Shown one piece after another: positions 35,588 through 44,010 of a stretch of 59,002 nucleotides of DNA; position 1 is the stretch's first letter; each line of letters opens with the position of its first letter. The stretch lies in the NCBI GenBank assembly GCA_020061515.1, contig JAGUYC010000313.1, forward strand, positions 1-59,002. Reading direction: 5' to 3'. The notes beneath the pieces are model-generated. The model saw only the letters and a list, made by a program, of their open reading frames with translations, was not told where the DNA came from and did no database searches. The translations under genes were made by a program, and so were the position numbers. Source of the DNA: Gemmatimonadota bacterium (lineage in GTDB: Bacteria; Orphanbacterota; Orphanbacteria; Orphanbacterales; Orphanbacteraceae).

Positions 35588-38500
35588 ATGGCACGGCCGA
35601 GGAAGAGCGCGAAGGTCGAGGCGAAGGACTACAGGCACTCGAAGGAGAAGCGGAAGAACATCCCGCCCGCGAAGATCGCCGCGGAAGGGGAGGTGCCGAA
35701 GGTGAAGAGGGTGAAGTATCACTACAGCCCGCACCTCTCCCCGGAGCTTCGGTTCGATCCGACAGGGAAGGCGGATCGGGTGATGGAGGTCGCGGAGAAG
35801 GCGGCGCGGCATCTTACCGAGGAGGAGCGGGATCTTCTACGAAAAGCGCTCGCGAACCAGCGGCCGTGGCTCGAGTGGGCGGGGAAGAAGGAGCAGCACG
35901 ATCGCGGCTGGTTCGACGTGGATCCCGTCGCGCTCCACATCCACGAGCGGGTGAGCGCGCAAGCGATCGTCCGCGCGGCCATGCGCGAGGATGCGCAGCG
36001 CGAGCTGTTCGCCGATCCTGAGCTGCCGTACCAGCAAGAGGTCCAGTTCTACCGCCACGACATCGACTGGGCCAACCGTCTCATCCTCGGCGACAGCCTC
36101 AACGTCATGTCCTCCCTCGCCCGCCGCGAGAACCTCGCGGGCAAGGTCCAGATGATTTACATCGACCCGCCGTATGGGATCAACTTCCGCAGCAACTTCC
36201 AACCTGAGGTGGGAAAACGCGATGTAAAGGACAGGGCAGACGATCTGACGAGAGAACCGGAGATGGTTCGAGCGTATAGGGACACCTGGATTCTCGGCGT
36301 TCATTCCTACCTCGCATACCTCAGGGACCGGCTGATCCTCGCACGCGAACTCCTGAACCCAGGTGGGAGTCTTTTTGTCCAGATCAGCGACGAGAACCTG
36401 CACCGAGTCCGGGGCATTCTTGACGACGTGTTTGGAGCTGACAACTTCTGCGGCCTTATTGCATTCCGAACGACAGGGGGGCAAAGCAGCGCACTAATAT
36501 CTTCGTCCATGGACTTTCTTCTCTGGTACGCAAACGATCGAGAGGCAGCGAGGATCACGTTCAGGAATCCGGTCGTACCGAAAGCAGGTGGAACCGACGC
36601 TTCTGGTCAATATACTTGGATAGAACCGCACGACGGGTCGCCCCCCCGCAGGATGACCGAAGAGGAACTAACTGATCTTGAGACTGTTACTGGTTGGGCC
36701 AGGGTCTTCCGTCCCGATAATCTCTACGGGCAAGGAGCGCCCAACGATCTTTCCGAACTTGATTTCGAATACGGGGGAAGGACCTTCACATGTCCGCGAA
36801 ACAACCACTGGAAGCCAGGTGTTCGTTCAGGAGGAATGAAACGTCTTGCAGATGCCGGTCGATTAATCGTCTTGGGTAACACGGTTTCCTACAAACGATA
36901 CGTGGACGATTACCCAGTGTACCTGATTGACAACGTGTGGAATGATACAACAATAAGTGGTTTCGCTCGCAAGAAGGCCTATGTTGTTGAGACTAGTGCC
37001 AAGGTTATAGAGCGCTGCATGCTCATGACGACCAATCCCGGCGATCTTGTTCTGGACCCTACTTGCGGCAGCGGCACGACCGCCTATGTTGCCGAGCAAT
37101 GGGGACGACGATGGATCACTACGGACACTAGCCGTGTAGCGATAGCACTTGCCCGTCAACGACTCTTAACCGCGAAGTTCGATTACTATCGCCTCCAGGC
37201 CCATGAGGGTACCGTCGCTGAGGGCTTCAGGCACAGGACTGTTCCACATGTGATGGCGAGTTCAATAACAAGAAACCAGAATCTCGACCCGATATTCGCA
37301 AGACACGAACCGCTTCTTGATGCCGCTCTTGCGGCCTGCAACAAGGCCCTCGGGCTGGTCTCGGAGTCGGCGCGCGACACCTCCCGGCGAAAGCTCCTCG
37401 AGAAGCAGGCCCGCGAAGGGAAGCGAGCGATCACCGACGCCGACCGCCGCCGCTGGGACCTCCCCAAGAAGGGCGCCAAGTGGGAGCACTGGGAGGTCCC
37501 CTTTGACACCGATCCCGACTGGCCGGAAGATCTCCAGGACGCCGTGACCGCCTACCGCAAGGCGTGGCGGGCGAAGATGGACGAGGTCAACGCCTGCATC
37601 GCCGCGAACGCGGATCAGGAGGAGCTTGTCGATCAGCCGGAAGTCGTGAAGGGGGTCGTCCGTGTCTCCGGCCCCTTCACCGTCGAGGGCGTCCGCCCGG
37701 AGGAGCTTTCGATCTCCGAGAAAGGTCTCTTCGACGGCACGCCGAACGAATGGGAAGGCGATGGTCCCTCCGACGTCCGCGACGAGGTGCAGAACCTCCG
37801 CGCCTACCTCTCCCGCATGACCGATCTTCTCCGGAAGGACGGCGTCACCTTCCCGAACAACCGGCACGCCGCTTTCGCTCGCCTCGACGCGCTCTACGAG
37901 GAGAAGACCGGCTCGCCGATCCACGCCGAGGGAATCTGGGAGGGGACGGACGAGGGGAAGCCGAACAACGTCGCTGTTGCCTTCGGGCCGCAGTACGGCC
38001 CCGTGACCGCCGAGCAGGTCGAGGAGCTGATCCGGGCGAGCAAGCGCTACGACGAGCTTGTCATCGCGGGGCTCAGCTTCGACGGCGAGGCGGCGGTCGC
38101 GATCCAGGAGGCGGCCCACCCGAAGCTCAAGGTCCACATGGCCCACATCCGGCCCGATGTCTCGCCCGGCATGGACGGCCTTCTCAAGGAGACGCCGAAC
38201 AGCCAGCTCTTCACCGTCTTCGGCCAGCCGGAGATCCTGGTGAAGAAGCACGGAAAGGAGGAATGGCAGGTCGAGCTTCGCGGCGTCGACATCTTCGACC
38301 CCCTGAAGGGGGAGGTCCGATCGACCGGTGCCGAGAAGGTCGCCGCCTGGTTCCTCGACAGCGACTACGACGGCCGCTGCTTCTGCATCACGCAGGCGTT
38401 CTTCCCGGACCAGGACGCATGGGGGAAGATCGCGAAGGCGCTCGGCTCGCAGGCCGACCCGGAGGCGTTCGATGCCTTCAAGGGGACCGTCTCCCTCCCG

Positions 38501-38590
38501 TTCAAGTCCGGCAAGCACGCCCGGATCGCGGTCAAGGTCATCGACCCGCGCGGGAACGAGGTCATGACGTTCGCCAAGCTGGAGAGGTAG
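35588..38590 (+). CDS. mod: Type III-like restriction-modification methyltransferase (Mod), beta-class, 1000 aa
   Basis: Motif IV is IYIDPPYGINF. Motif I, LDPTCGSGTTAYVAEQWGRRWITTD, lies downstream of it (beta-class order). Its stop is 6 nt before the Res start. Confidence 0.85.
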   Translation: MARPRKSAKVEAKDYRHSKEKRKNIPPAKIAAEGEVPKVKRVKYHYSPHLSPELRFDPTGKADRVMEVAEKAARHLTEEERDLLRKALANQRPWLEWAGKKEQHDRGWFDVDPVALHIHERVSAQAIVRAAMREDAQRELFADPELPYQQEVQFYRHDIDWANRLILGDSLNVMSSLARRENLAGKVQMIYIDPPYGINFRSNFQPEVGKRDVKDRADDLTREPEMVRAYRDTWILGVHSYLAYLRDRLILARELLNPGGSLFVQISDENLHRVRGILDDVFGADNFCGLIAFRTTGGQSSALISSSMDFLLWYANDREAARITFRNPVVPKAGGTDASGQYTWIEPHDGSPPRRMTEEELTDLETVTGWARVFRPDNLYGQGAPNDLSELDFEYGGRTFTCPRNNHWKPGVRSGGMKRLADAGRLIVLGNTVSYKRYVDDYPVYLIDNVWNDTTISGFARKKAYVVETSAKVIERCMLMTTNPGDLVLDPTCGSGTTAYVAEQWGRRWITTDTSRVAIALARQRLLTAKFDYYRLQAHEGTVAEGFRHRTVPHVMASSITRNQNLDPIFARHEPLLDAALAACNKALGLVSESARDTSRRKLLEKQAREGKRAITDADRRRWDLPKKGAKWEHWEVPFDTDPDWPEDLQDAVTAYRKAWRAKMDEVNACIAANADQEELVDQPEVVKGVVRVSGPFTVEGVRPEELSISEKGLFDGTPNEWEGDGPSDVRDEVQNLRAYLSRMTDLLRKDGVTFPNNRHAAFARLDALYEEKTGSPIHAEGIWEGTDEGKPNNVAVAFGPQYGPVTAEQVEELIRASKRYDELVIAGLSFDGEAAVAIQEAAHPKLKVHMAHIRPDVSPGMDGLLKETPNSQLFTVFGQPEILVKKHGKEEWQVELRGVDIFDPLKGEVRSTGAEKVAAWFLDSDYDGRCFCITQAFFPDQDAWGKIAKALGSQADPEAFDAFKGTVSLPFKSGKHARIAVKVIDPRGNEVMTFAKLER

Positions 38591-38596
38591 GGGGAG

Positions 38597-41500
38597 ATGG
38601 CGACACGACGCATGAGCGGACAGCCGAAGGACGAAGCTCCGCCCCCCGACTGGACCCCGACGCAGGCGGTCGAAAACCCCGTCATCAACGACCCGTACAA
38701 CGAGCCGACCAAGCACTGGCTCTACAAGGAAGGCGTGCCGAGCCTGATGGACGGCCGCCGCGAGGCGAGCTACTGGTTCCGATCGAAACGCACCGGATCG
38801 GCCGAGCAGGAACTCTTCCGCGAGGAGGAGCGGGACGATCTCCCTCTGGTCAACGCGCTCCGTGCGGACGTGAAGAGGTGGCGCGAGTCGGGGTATCGAG
38901 GCGCCTCGCGCATCACGCGCGAGCTTCTCGCCTGGTGGATGCGGGAAGATCGCCCGCGACGCCTCTTCTTCTGCCAGCGGGAGTCGGCCGAGGCGCTGAT
39001 CTATCTCATGGAGCTGGCCCTGCCGGGGCGCCTCTCCGCGACCGGGTTCCACAAGTTCGAGGTGAACACGCGAACGATCGAGATGCTTCTTCGGGGCGAG
39101 AAGCCCGAGTTCGCGTCGATCCGTGGTGACTTCTTCCCGAGGCTCATCGATTCCTCGTCGGACGCGAGCACGCTTCCGCTCGTCCGGCTCGGCTGCAAGA
39201 TGGCGACCGGGAGCGGCAAGACGATCATCATGGGGATGCTGATCGCCTGGGCCTTCTGCAACCGGGGGCGGAACCCGTCGTCGACTCAGTATCCGAACGC
39301 GGTTCTCGTCTGCGCTCCGAACCTCACGGTCAGGAAGCGACTGCAGGTTCTCCGCCCAGAGGAGCCGAACAACTACTTCGAGGCCTTCGACCTCGTCCCG
39401 CCCAAGTACCGCGAGTACCTGAACATGGGGAAGGTGCTCGTGACGAACTGGCACGTCTTCGCACCGAAGAGCGAGCACGCCGAGGGGGGAAAGAGCTACG
39501 CCGTCGTGAACAAGGGGGAGGAGTCGAACGACGCGTTCGCGAAGGACCGGCTCGGCGAGCTGGCCGCCCGACTCCCGATCCTCGTGCTGAACGACGAGGG
39601 GCACCACTGTTGGCGCGGGAAAACGCTGACGATGGAGGAGGAGCGCGAGGCGTTCCGCGATCTGGACCGCGAGAAGAAGAAAGCGCTCGAAGAGGAGGCC
39701 GACGAGGCGCGTGTCTGGCTTGCAGGCCTCGATCGGATCAACAACTGCGGGCTACTCGGAAAGGCCGACGGCGGGAAGCCGGTGCCGGGGATCCTTTCAT
39801 GTGTCGACCTTTCAGCCACCCCCTTCTACCTCTCGAACAGCGGCTACCCGGAGGGGAGCCCGTTCCCGTGGCTCGTGAGCGACTTCGGTCTTGTCGACGC
39901 GATCGAGTGCGGGATCGTCAAGGTCCCGCGCATGCCGGTGCGGGACGACACCGAGAAGAAGGACGATGCCGGTCGCCCCGATCCCAAGTACTTCCGTCTC
40001 TGGCACAACATTACGGAGAAGGAGCTGAAGGCGAGCGACTACATCCGGAGAGGTCAGCCGAAGCCGGAGGCGATCTACAAGTATGCGGAGGGTGCGCTCA
40101 TCACGCTCGCTTCGCAGTGGAAGAAGCAGTTCGACACGATCAAGCAGGGCTCAGACGGCCAGCCTTTCGTTCCCCCCGTGCTCATCGTCGTCTGCGACAA
40201 CACGGAGCTGTCCGAGGTCTTCTTCCGGAAGATCAGCGGGGAGTGCGAAGTAGAGACGGCCGACGAGGAAGGGAAGACGGTCAAGCTGAAGCGCTACGAG
40301 GCGAGCGCGATCCTTCCCGAGCTCGGCAACACGGAGGCGGCGCAGCACACGATCCGCATCGACACCAAGCTCCTGAAGCAGATCGAGACGGAGGAGGGAG
40401 AGAGCAAGGACGAAGCCGCACTCCGTCTCCGCGAGATCATCGATACCGTTGGGAAACGCGGGAAGGCGGGGGAGCAGGTGCGCTGCATCGTCTCGGTCTC
40501 GATGCTGACCGAGGGGTGGGACGCGAACAACGTGACGCACGTTCTCGGCGTTCGGGCGTTTGGGAGCCAACTCCTGTGCGAGCAGGTCGTGGGGCGCGGC
40601 CTCCGAAGGATGAGCTACACGCCGGATCCGGAAACGGGGCTATTGCAGCCGGAATACGTCGATGTGTACGGGATCCCCTTCTCGCTCATCCCGTTCAAGA
40701 AGGTGCCGTCACCGGTCGAGAAACCGACTCCTCCGTATCACGACGTCTATGCCGTCGAGGAGAAGGCCGCGTTCGAGATCCGCATGCCGAACGTGGAGAG
40801 CTACGTCTACGCGCTTCGGGAGTCAGGTATCCAATGCGACGTGGAGAAGCTCGAGGAGCTGGTGGTCGATCAGGAGCCCGGAGAGGTCTGGCTTGCCCCG
40901 ACACGCGGCTACGTCGACAAGAAGGAACCTCGAAGAGACGCGGGTGATTTCGTTCGCCAGACGAGAGACGAGTACTACAAATCCGTCCGCCCCCAGCAGC
41001 TCGTCTTCCGCCTCTCGCAGCTGATCCTCGAGGACCTCCTGCACGGCTCGCAGGGGAAGGATGAGGAGCGCGGGAAGGTCAAGCTCCTCGCGCGCCACCA
41101 GCTCTTTCCCGAGATCGTACGGATCGTACAGGCGTACATCCGAAAGAAAGTGACCTTCCGCTCCGGCGTCGACGAGAGAGAGCTTGGGCTTGAGCGGTAT
41201 GCTCGCTTGCTGCGGGAGCGGATCCGGGACAACATCCTCCCCGCCGCCGCCGACGAGGAGAGGAAGCTCTTCCCGATTCTGAACTCGTTCGAGCCCTACA
41301 CGACCACCGCGAACGTCAACTACAAGACCACGAGGCCGATCCGGCGGCTCGTGAAGAGCCATCTCAACGCGGCGGTCCTCCGGAGCGACTGGGAGCGGCT
41401 CGCGATCGACGTGATGGAGGACTTGGACTGCGTGGAGTGCTTCACCCCGAACGACCGCCAGGTCGGGCTCATCGTCCCCTACGAGCATGAGGAGCACCCG

Positions 41501-42247
41501 CATGCCTATGAGCCCGACTTCATCGTGCGGTTGTCGAACGGCACGATGGTTATGCTCGAGATCAAGGGAAAGGCCGGTAGGATCCACGGCGAGGATGAGG
41601 TCAAGGCGAAGAACGCCGCCGCGCGGAAGTGGGTCGCTGCGGTCAATAACCTCGGCAAGTACGGACGCTGGGCGTTTGAGATCTGCGAGGACCCAACAAA
41701 GCTCCGATCGATCCTAGAGAAGCACGCCGGGGTCCCTCAGCTCGTCAAGATCTTCCGCATCGTGCAGCCGACTCGCGAGACTGCGTGGAAGACATGCGTT
41801 CCGCTCGCCACCCTGCAGGCGGCCGCGGGCAAGTTCAGTGAGGAACAGCTCAGCCTCGATCGCTACGACGAGTGGCACGGCAAGTGGATCACGTGGGATG
41901 ACCCGCCGACGTTCGAGGAAGGCATGTTCGTCGCCAAGGTCCACGGGAAGTCGATGGAGCCGCTCATCCCGTCAGGGGCGCACTGCCTCTTCCGCCCGCC
42001 GCGTGCCGGGACGCGCCAGGGGAAGGTCCTCCTCGTGTGGCACTCCGGAATCACCGATCCCCACACGGGCGGCACCTACACGGTGAAGGTCTACGAGAGC
42101 GAAAGACGCGGCGCCGACGAGGGCGAGTGGGAGCACGTCCGCATCACCCTCAAGCCCAAGAATCCTGACTTCCCCCCGATCGTCCTGGAACCGAAGGACG
42201 AGGGCGAGGTCAGGGTGATCGCCGAATTCGTGCAGGTGGTGGGGTAG
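38597..42247 (+). CDS. res: Type III restriction enzyme Res subunit (SF2 helicase + PD-(D/E)xK nuclease) fused to a C-terminal LexA/UmuD-type S24 peptidase domain
   Basis: Helicase motifs MATGSGKT, VLNDEGHHC and SVSMLTEGWDANNVTHVLGVRAFGSQLLCEQVVGRGLRR. Nuclease motif YEPDFIV...MVMLEIKGK. The last 149 aa (41798-42244) align by eye with the LexA C-terminal domain: VPLATLQAAAGKF (cleavage-loop-like), GKSMEP (Ser 41951-41953) and YTVKVY (Lys 42086-42088). Confidence 0.85.
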   Translation: MATRRMSGQPKDEAPPPDWTPTQAVENPVINDPYNEPTKHWLYKEGVPSLMDGRREASYWFRSKRTGSAEQELFREEERDDLPLVNALRADVKRWRESGYRGASRITRELLAWWMREDRPRRLFFCQRESAEALIYLMELALPGRLSATGFHKFEVNTRTIEMLLRGEKPEFASIRGDFFPRLIDSSSDASTLPLVRLGCKMATGSGKTIIMGMLIAWAFCNRGRNPSSTQYPNAVLVCAPNLTVRKRLQVLRPEEPNNYFEAFDLVPPKYREYLNMGKVLVTNWHVFAPKSEHAEGGKSYAVVNKGEESNDAFAKDRLGELAARLPILVLNDEGHHCWRGKTLTMEEEREAFRDLDREKKKALEEEADEARVWLAGLDRINNCGLLGKADGGKPVPGILSCVDLSATPFYLSNSGYPEGSPFPWLVSDFGLVDAIECGIVKVPRMPVRDDTEKKDDAGRPDPKYFRLWHNITEKELKASDYIRRGQPKPEAIYKYAEGALITLASQWKKQFDTIKQGSDGQPFVPPVLIVVCDNTELSEVFFRKISGECEVETADEEGKTVKLKRYEASAILPELGNTEAAQHTIRIDTKLLKQIETEEGESKDEAALRLREIIDTVGKRGKAGEQVRCIVSVSMLTEGWDANNVTHVLGVRAFGSQLLCEQVVGRGLRRMSYTPDPETGLLQPEYVDVYGIPFSLIPFKKVPSPVEKPTPPYHDVYAVEEKAAFEIRMPNVESYVYALRESGIQCDVEKLEELVVDQEPGEVWLAPTRGYVDKKEPRRDAGDFVRQTRDEYYKSVRPQQLVFRLSQLILEDLLHGSQGKDEERGKVKLLARHQLFPEIVRIVQAYIRKKVTFRSGVDERELGLERYARLLRERIRDNILPAAADEERKLFPILNSFEPYTTTANVNYKTTRPIRRLVKSHLNAAVLRSDWERLAIDVMEDLDCVECFTPNDRQVGLIVPYEHEEHPHAYEPDFIVRLSNGTMVMLEIKGKAGRIHGEDEVKAKNAAARKWVAAVNNLGKYGRWAFEICEDPTKLRSILEKHAGVPQLVKIFRIVQPTRETAWKTCVPLATLQAAAGKFSEEQLSLDRYDEWHGKWITWDDPPTFEEGMFVAKVHGKSMEPLIPSGAHCLFRPPRAGTRQGKVLLVWHSGITDPHTGGTYTVKVYESERRGADEGEWEHVRITLKPKNPDFPPIVLEPKDEGEVRVIAEFVQVVG

Positions 42248-42445
42248 GGCCGATAGAACCAGAGGCGTGAGTCAAGGCACCAACTGTCGGCCGCAGCAGA
42301 CCAGAAGGAGCGACGGGACTCTGACAAGTCTCAAGCGCCTGGTCGAGTAGATGTTTCTCTCCTCGATGTCGCTGGAAGCGGAGTCACCCAGCATCCACTC
42401 CTGCGGGAGAACCTTGTGGTCCGTCTCCGGAGGCGTAACTTATTG

Positions 42446-42510
42446 TCTAACATTGCGTTAGATGTCCACGTGATAAGCACCTTGACGCAGGGTGTACTTT
42501 TAAGTAAACT
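42446..42510 (+). promoter_or_regulatory. Putative promoter/operator of the TAC module: palindrome TCTAAC-ATTGC-GTTAGA, then TTGACG-N17-TAAACT
   Basis: Read directly: palindrome 42446-42462, -35 at 42482-42487 and -10 at 42505-42510, all upstream of the toxin start in an AT-richer spacer. Confidence 0.4.
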
Positions 42511-42546
42511 CTCTCTCGGGAGTGACGATGAGAAAGGTAGCGCCCC

Positions 42547-42936
42547 TTGTCGCGTGTGATAGTTGCTGGCAAGTGGTTTACGATCATGTGGGCCGTCGAT
42601 GCGACCGGTCAGTGTCCCGCCAGGAAGGACTTCTACCGTCTCCCAGAGAAGGACAGGGCCAAGTTCTTCGAGAGGTTTAAGCTACTGGCTCAACATGGGA
42701 AGATAAACAACAAGGAGCTGTTCAGGAAACTCAGCCCGCGCAACCTTTGGGAGTTCAAGAAGTACCAAACCAGGTTAATCGGCGACTTCCGACCGGGCAA
42801 GAGGTTTCTGGTCGCGCATTGCGTGAAGGGCAAGAAGACAGACAAGATAGCCCCTAGGGAACTAGACAAGGCGGAGCGGATTCTGCAGGAAAACGACGCA
42901 GTAGAATCGAGGCTGGAAAATGAAGCCACCCACTGA
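42547..42936 (+). CDS. Toxin of the RelE/HigB superfamily (phage Gp49-like, PF05973-type)
   Basis: FYRLPEKDRAKFFERFKLLAQHG...LWEFKKYQTRLIGDFRPGKRFLVAHCVKGKKTDKIAPRELDKAERI matches the Gp49/HigB-like pattern. TTG start 42547 (alternative ATG 42586). The 3' end overlaps the antitoxin by 17 nt. Confidence 0.75.
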   Translation: MSRVIVAGKWFTIMWAVDATGQCPARKDFYRLPEKDRAKFFERFKLLAQHGKINNKELFRKLSPRNLWEFKKYQTRLIGDFRPGKRFLVAHCVKGKKTDKIAPRELDKAERILQENDAVESRLENEATH

Positions 42937-43363
42937 CTATGAGGTGTTCGAGAAGGCTTCCGCGGAACACAGGAGATTGCTGGAGCGAGAAGGCCTCTTC
43001 TTGGAGGTCACCGAAGCTCTTGCTGGTGCAATGGAAAGGGAGAACATTACGAAGGCCCAGCTTGCAAGAAGGCTGAAGAAGACGAAATCATTCGTCTCTC
43101 AACTGTTCGGAGGAGGCAGAAACCTGACTCTCGGGACGATTGCTGATATCGCACACGCTATCGGCTATCGCGTGATCGTGGGGGCGGTTCCGAGGGAGCC
43201 CGAGGAATCCTGGCTGGCCGCCGCCTTCACTGGTCAATTCGCATCTTCTCCTTGGGAAGGGCCGATCCAGAATGAGTGGTCTGCTTACCTGCCGAAGATT
43301 GCAGAGTCTCCTCAGGGATACGATGAGCCGTTCGAAGACCTTGGCAAGGAAGTGGCGGCGTGA
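42920..43363 (+). CDS. XRE-family HTH antitoxin (HigA-like) with an aromatic-rich C-terminal extension
   Basis: ITKAQLARRLKKTKSFVSQLFGGGRNLTLGTIADIAHAIG is an XRE HTH. A ~55-aa tail follows (WLAAAFTGQFASSPWEGPIQNEWSAYL), consistent with a chaperone-addiction segment. Confidence 0.8.
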   Translation: MKPPTDYEVFEKASAEHRRLLEREGLFLEVTEALAGAMERENITKAQLARRLKKTKSFVSQLFGGGRNLTLGTIADIAHAIGYRVIVGAVPREPEESWLAAAFTGQFASSPWEGPIQNEWSAYLPKIAESPQGYDEPFEDLGKEVAA

Positions 43364-43818
43364 GCGCGACCGGAGGCAACAGGATCATACGGGCCGTTGA
43401 GATCGGCGGGATCAGGCTGACTGAGTTCGAAGGCAAGACTCTGATCAGGAGCCCCCGTGAGGCCGCAGAGGTTAAGATGAGCCTGTCGACCGCGGCCAGT
43501 GTTGTCAGACCGCCTGCTGTCAGTGGCCAGTATAGGAACTTCGAGATCGCTGTGAAGATGGACCTAAGGCTTGTTGCGGCGGACCGGGATCAAGTCCTAC
43601 TCAGCATTCGAGTTGTCTTCGAACTGTCTTACCGACTGCCCGTGAGCGAGGAATTCGACGAGGAAGAGATGAAGTCCTTCGCCGACCGGAACGCAGTCTT
43701 CAATGCTTGGCCGTATTTCCGAGAAGTCGTTCAGACTACTACTGCCAGAATGGGACTCCCTCCGGTCACGCTTCCGCTCTTCAAGCTCGGAAGGCCAGCC
43801 GAGAAGAAGACGGTCTAG
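43360..43818 (+). CDS. SecB-like chaperone (third component of a TAC system)
   Basis: GTGA overlap with the antitoxin stop. ADRNAVFNAWPYFREVVQTTTARMGLPPVTLPLFKL aligns by eye with E. coli SecB [32 protein letters not shown]. Upstream strands also align (EVKMSLSTAAS vs EVKLDLDTASS). Confidence 0.8.
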   Translation: MSATGGNRIIRAVEIGGIRLTEFEGKTLIRSPREAAEVKMSLSTAASVVRPPAVSGQYRNFEIAVKMDLRLVAADRDQVLLSIRVVFELSYRLPVSEEFDEEEMKSFADRNAVFNAWPYFREVVQTTTARMGLPPVTLPLFKLGRPAEKKTV

Positions 43819-44010
43819 GTTCTCGGCACTTGCCGGGCTCTGATACTGGCCGACTCTCTTCCCTTGGCCGGGAGGTGGTCCCCTTTGCCACGCTGGGGTA
43901 CAACCCCACAGAGGGACTCGGCCACTGCCGAGTGAGGACCACTGTGGCCAGAACCTGTGCTTTCGAGCATTCTCCCATATGGTTGGATCGGTATCAGTCG
44001 TAGGTGGAGT

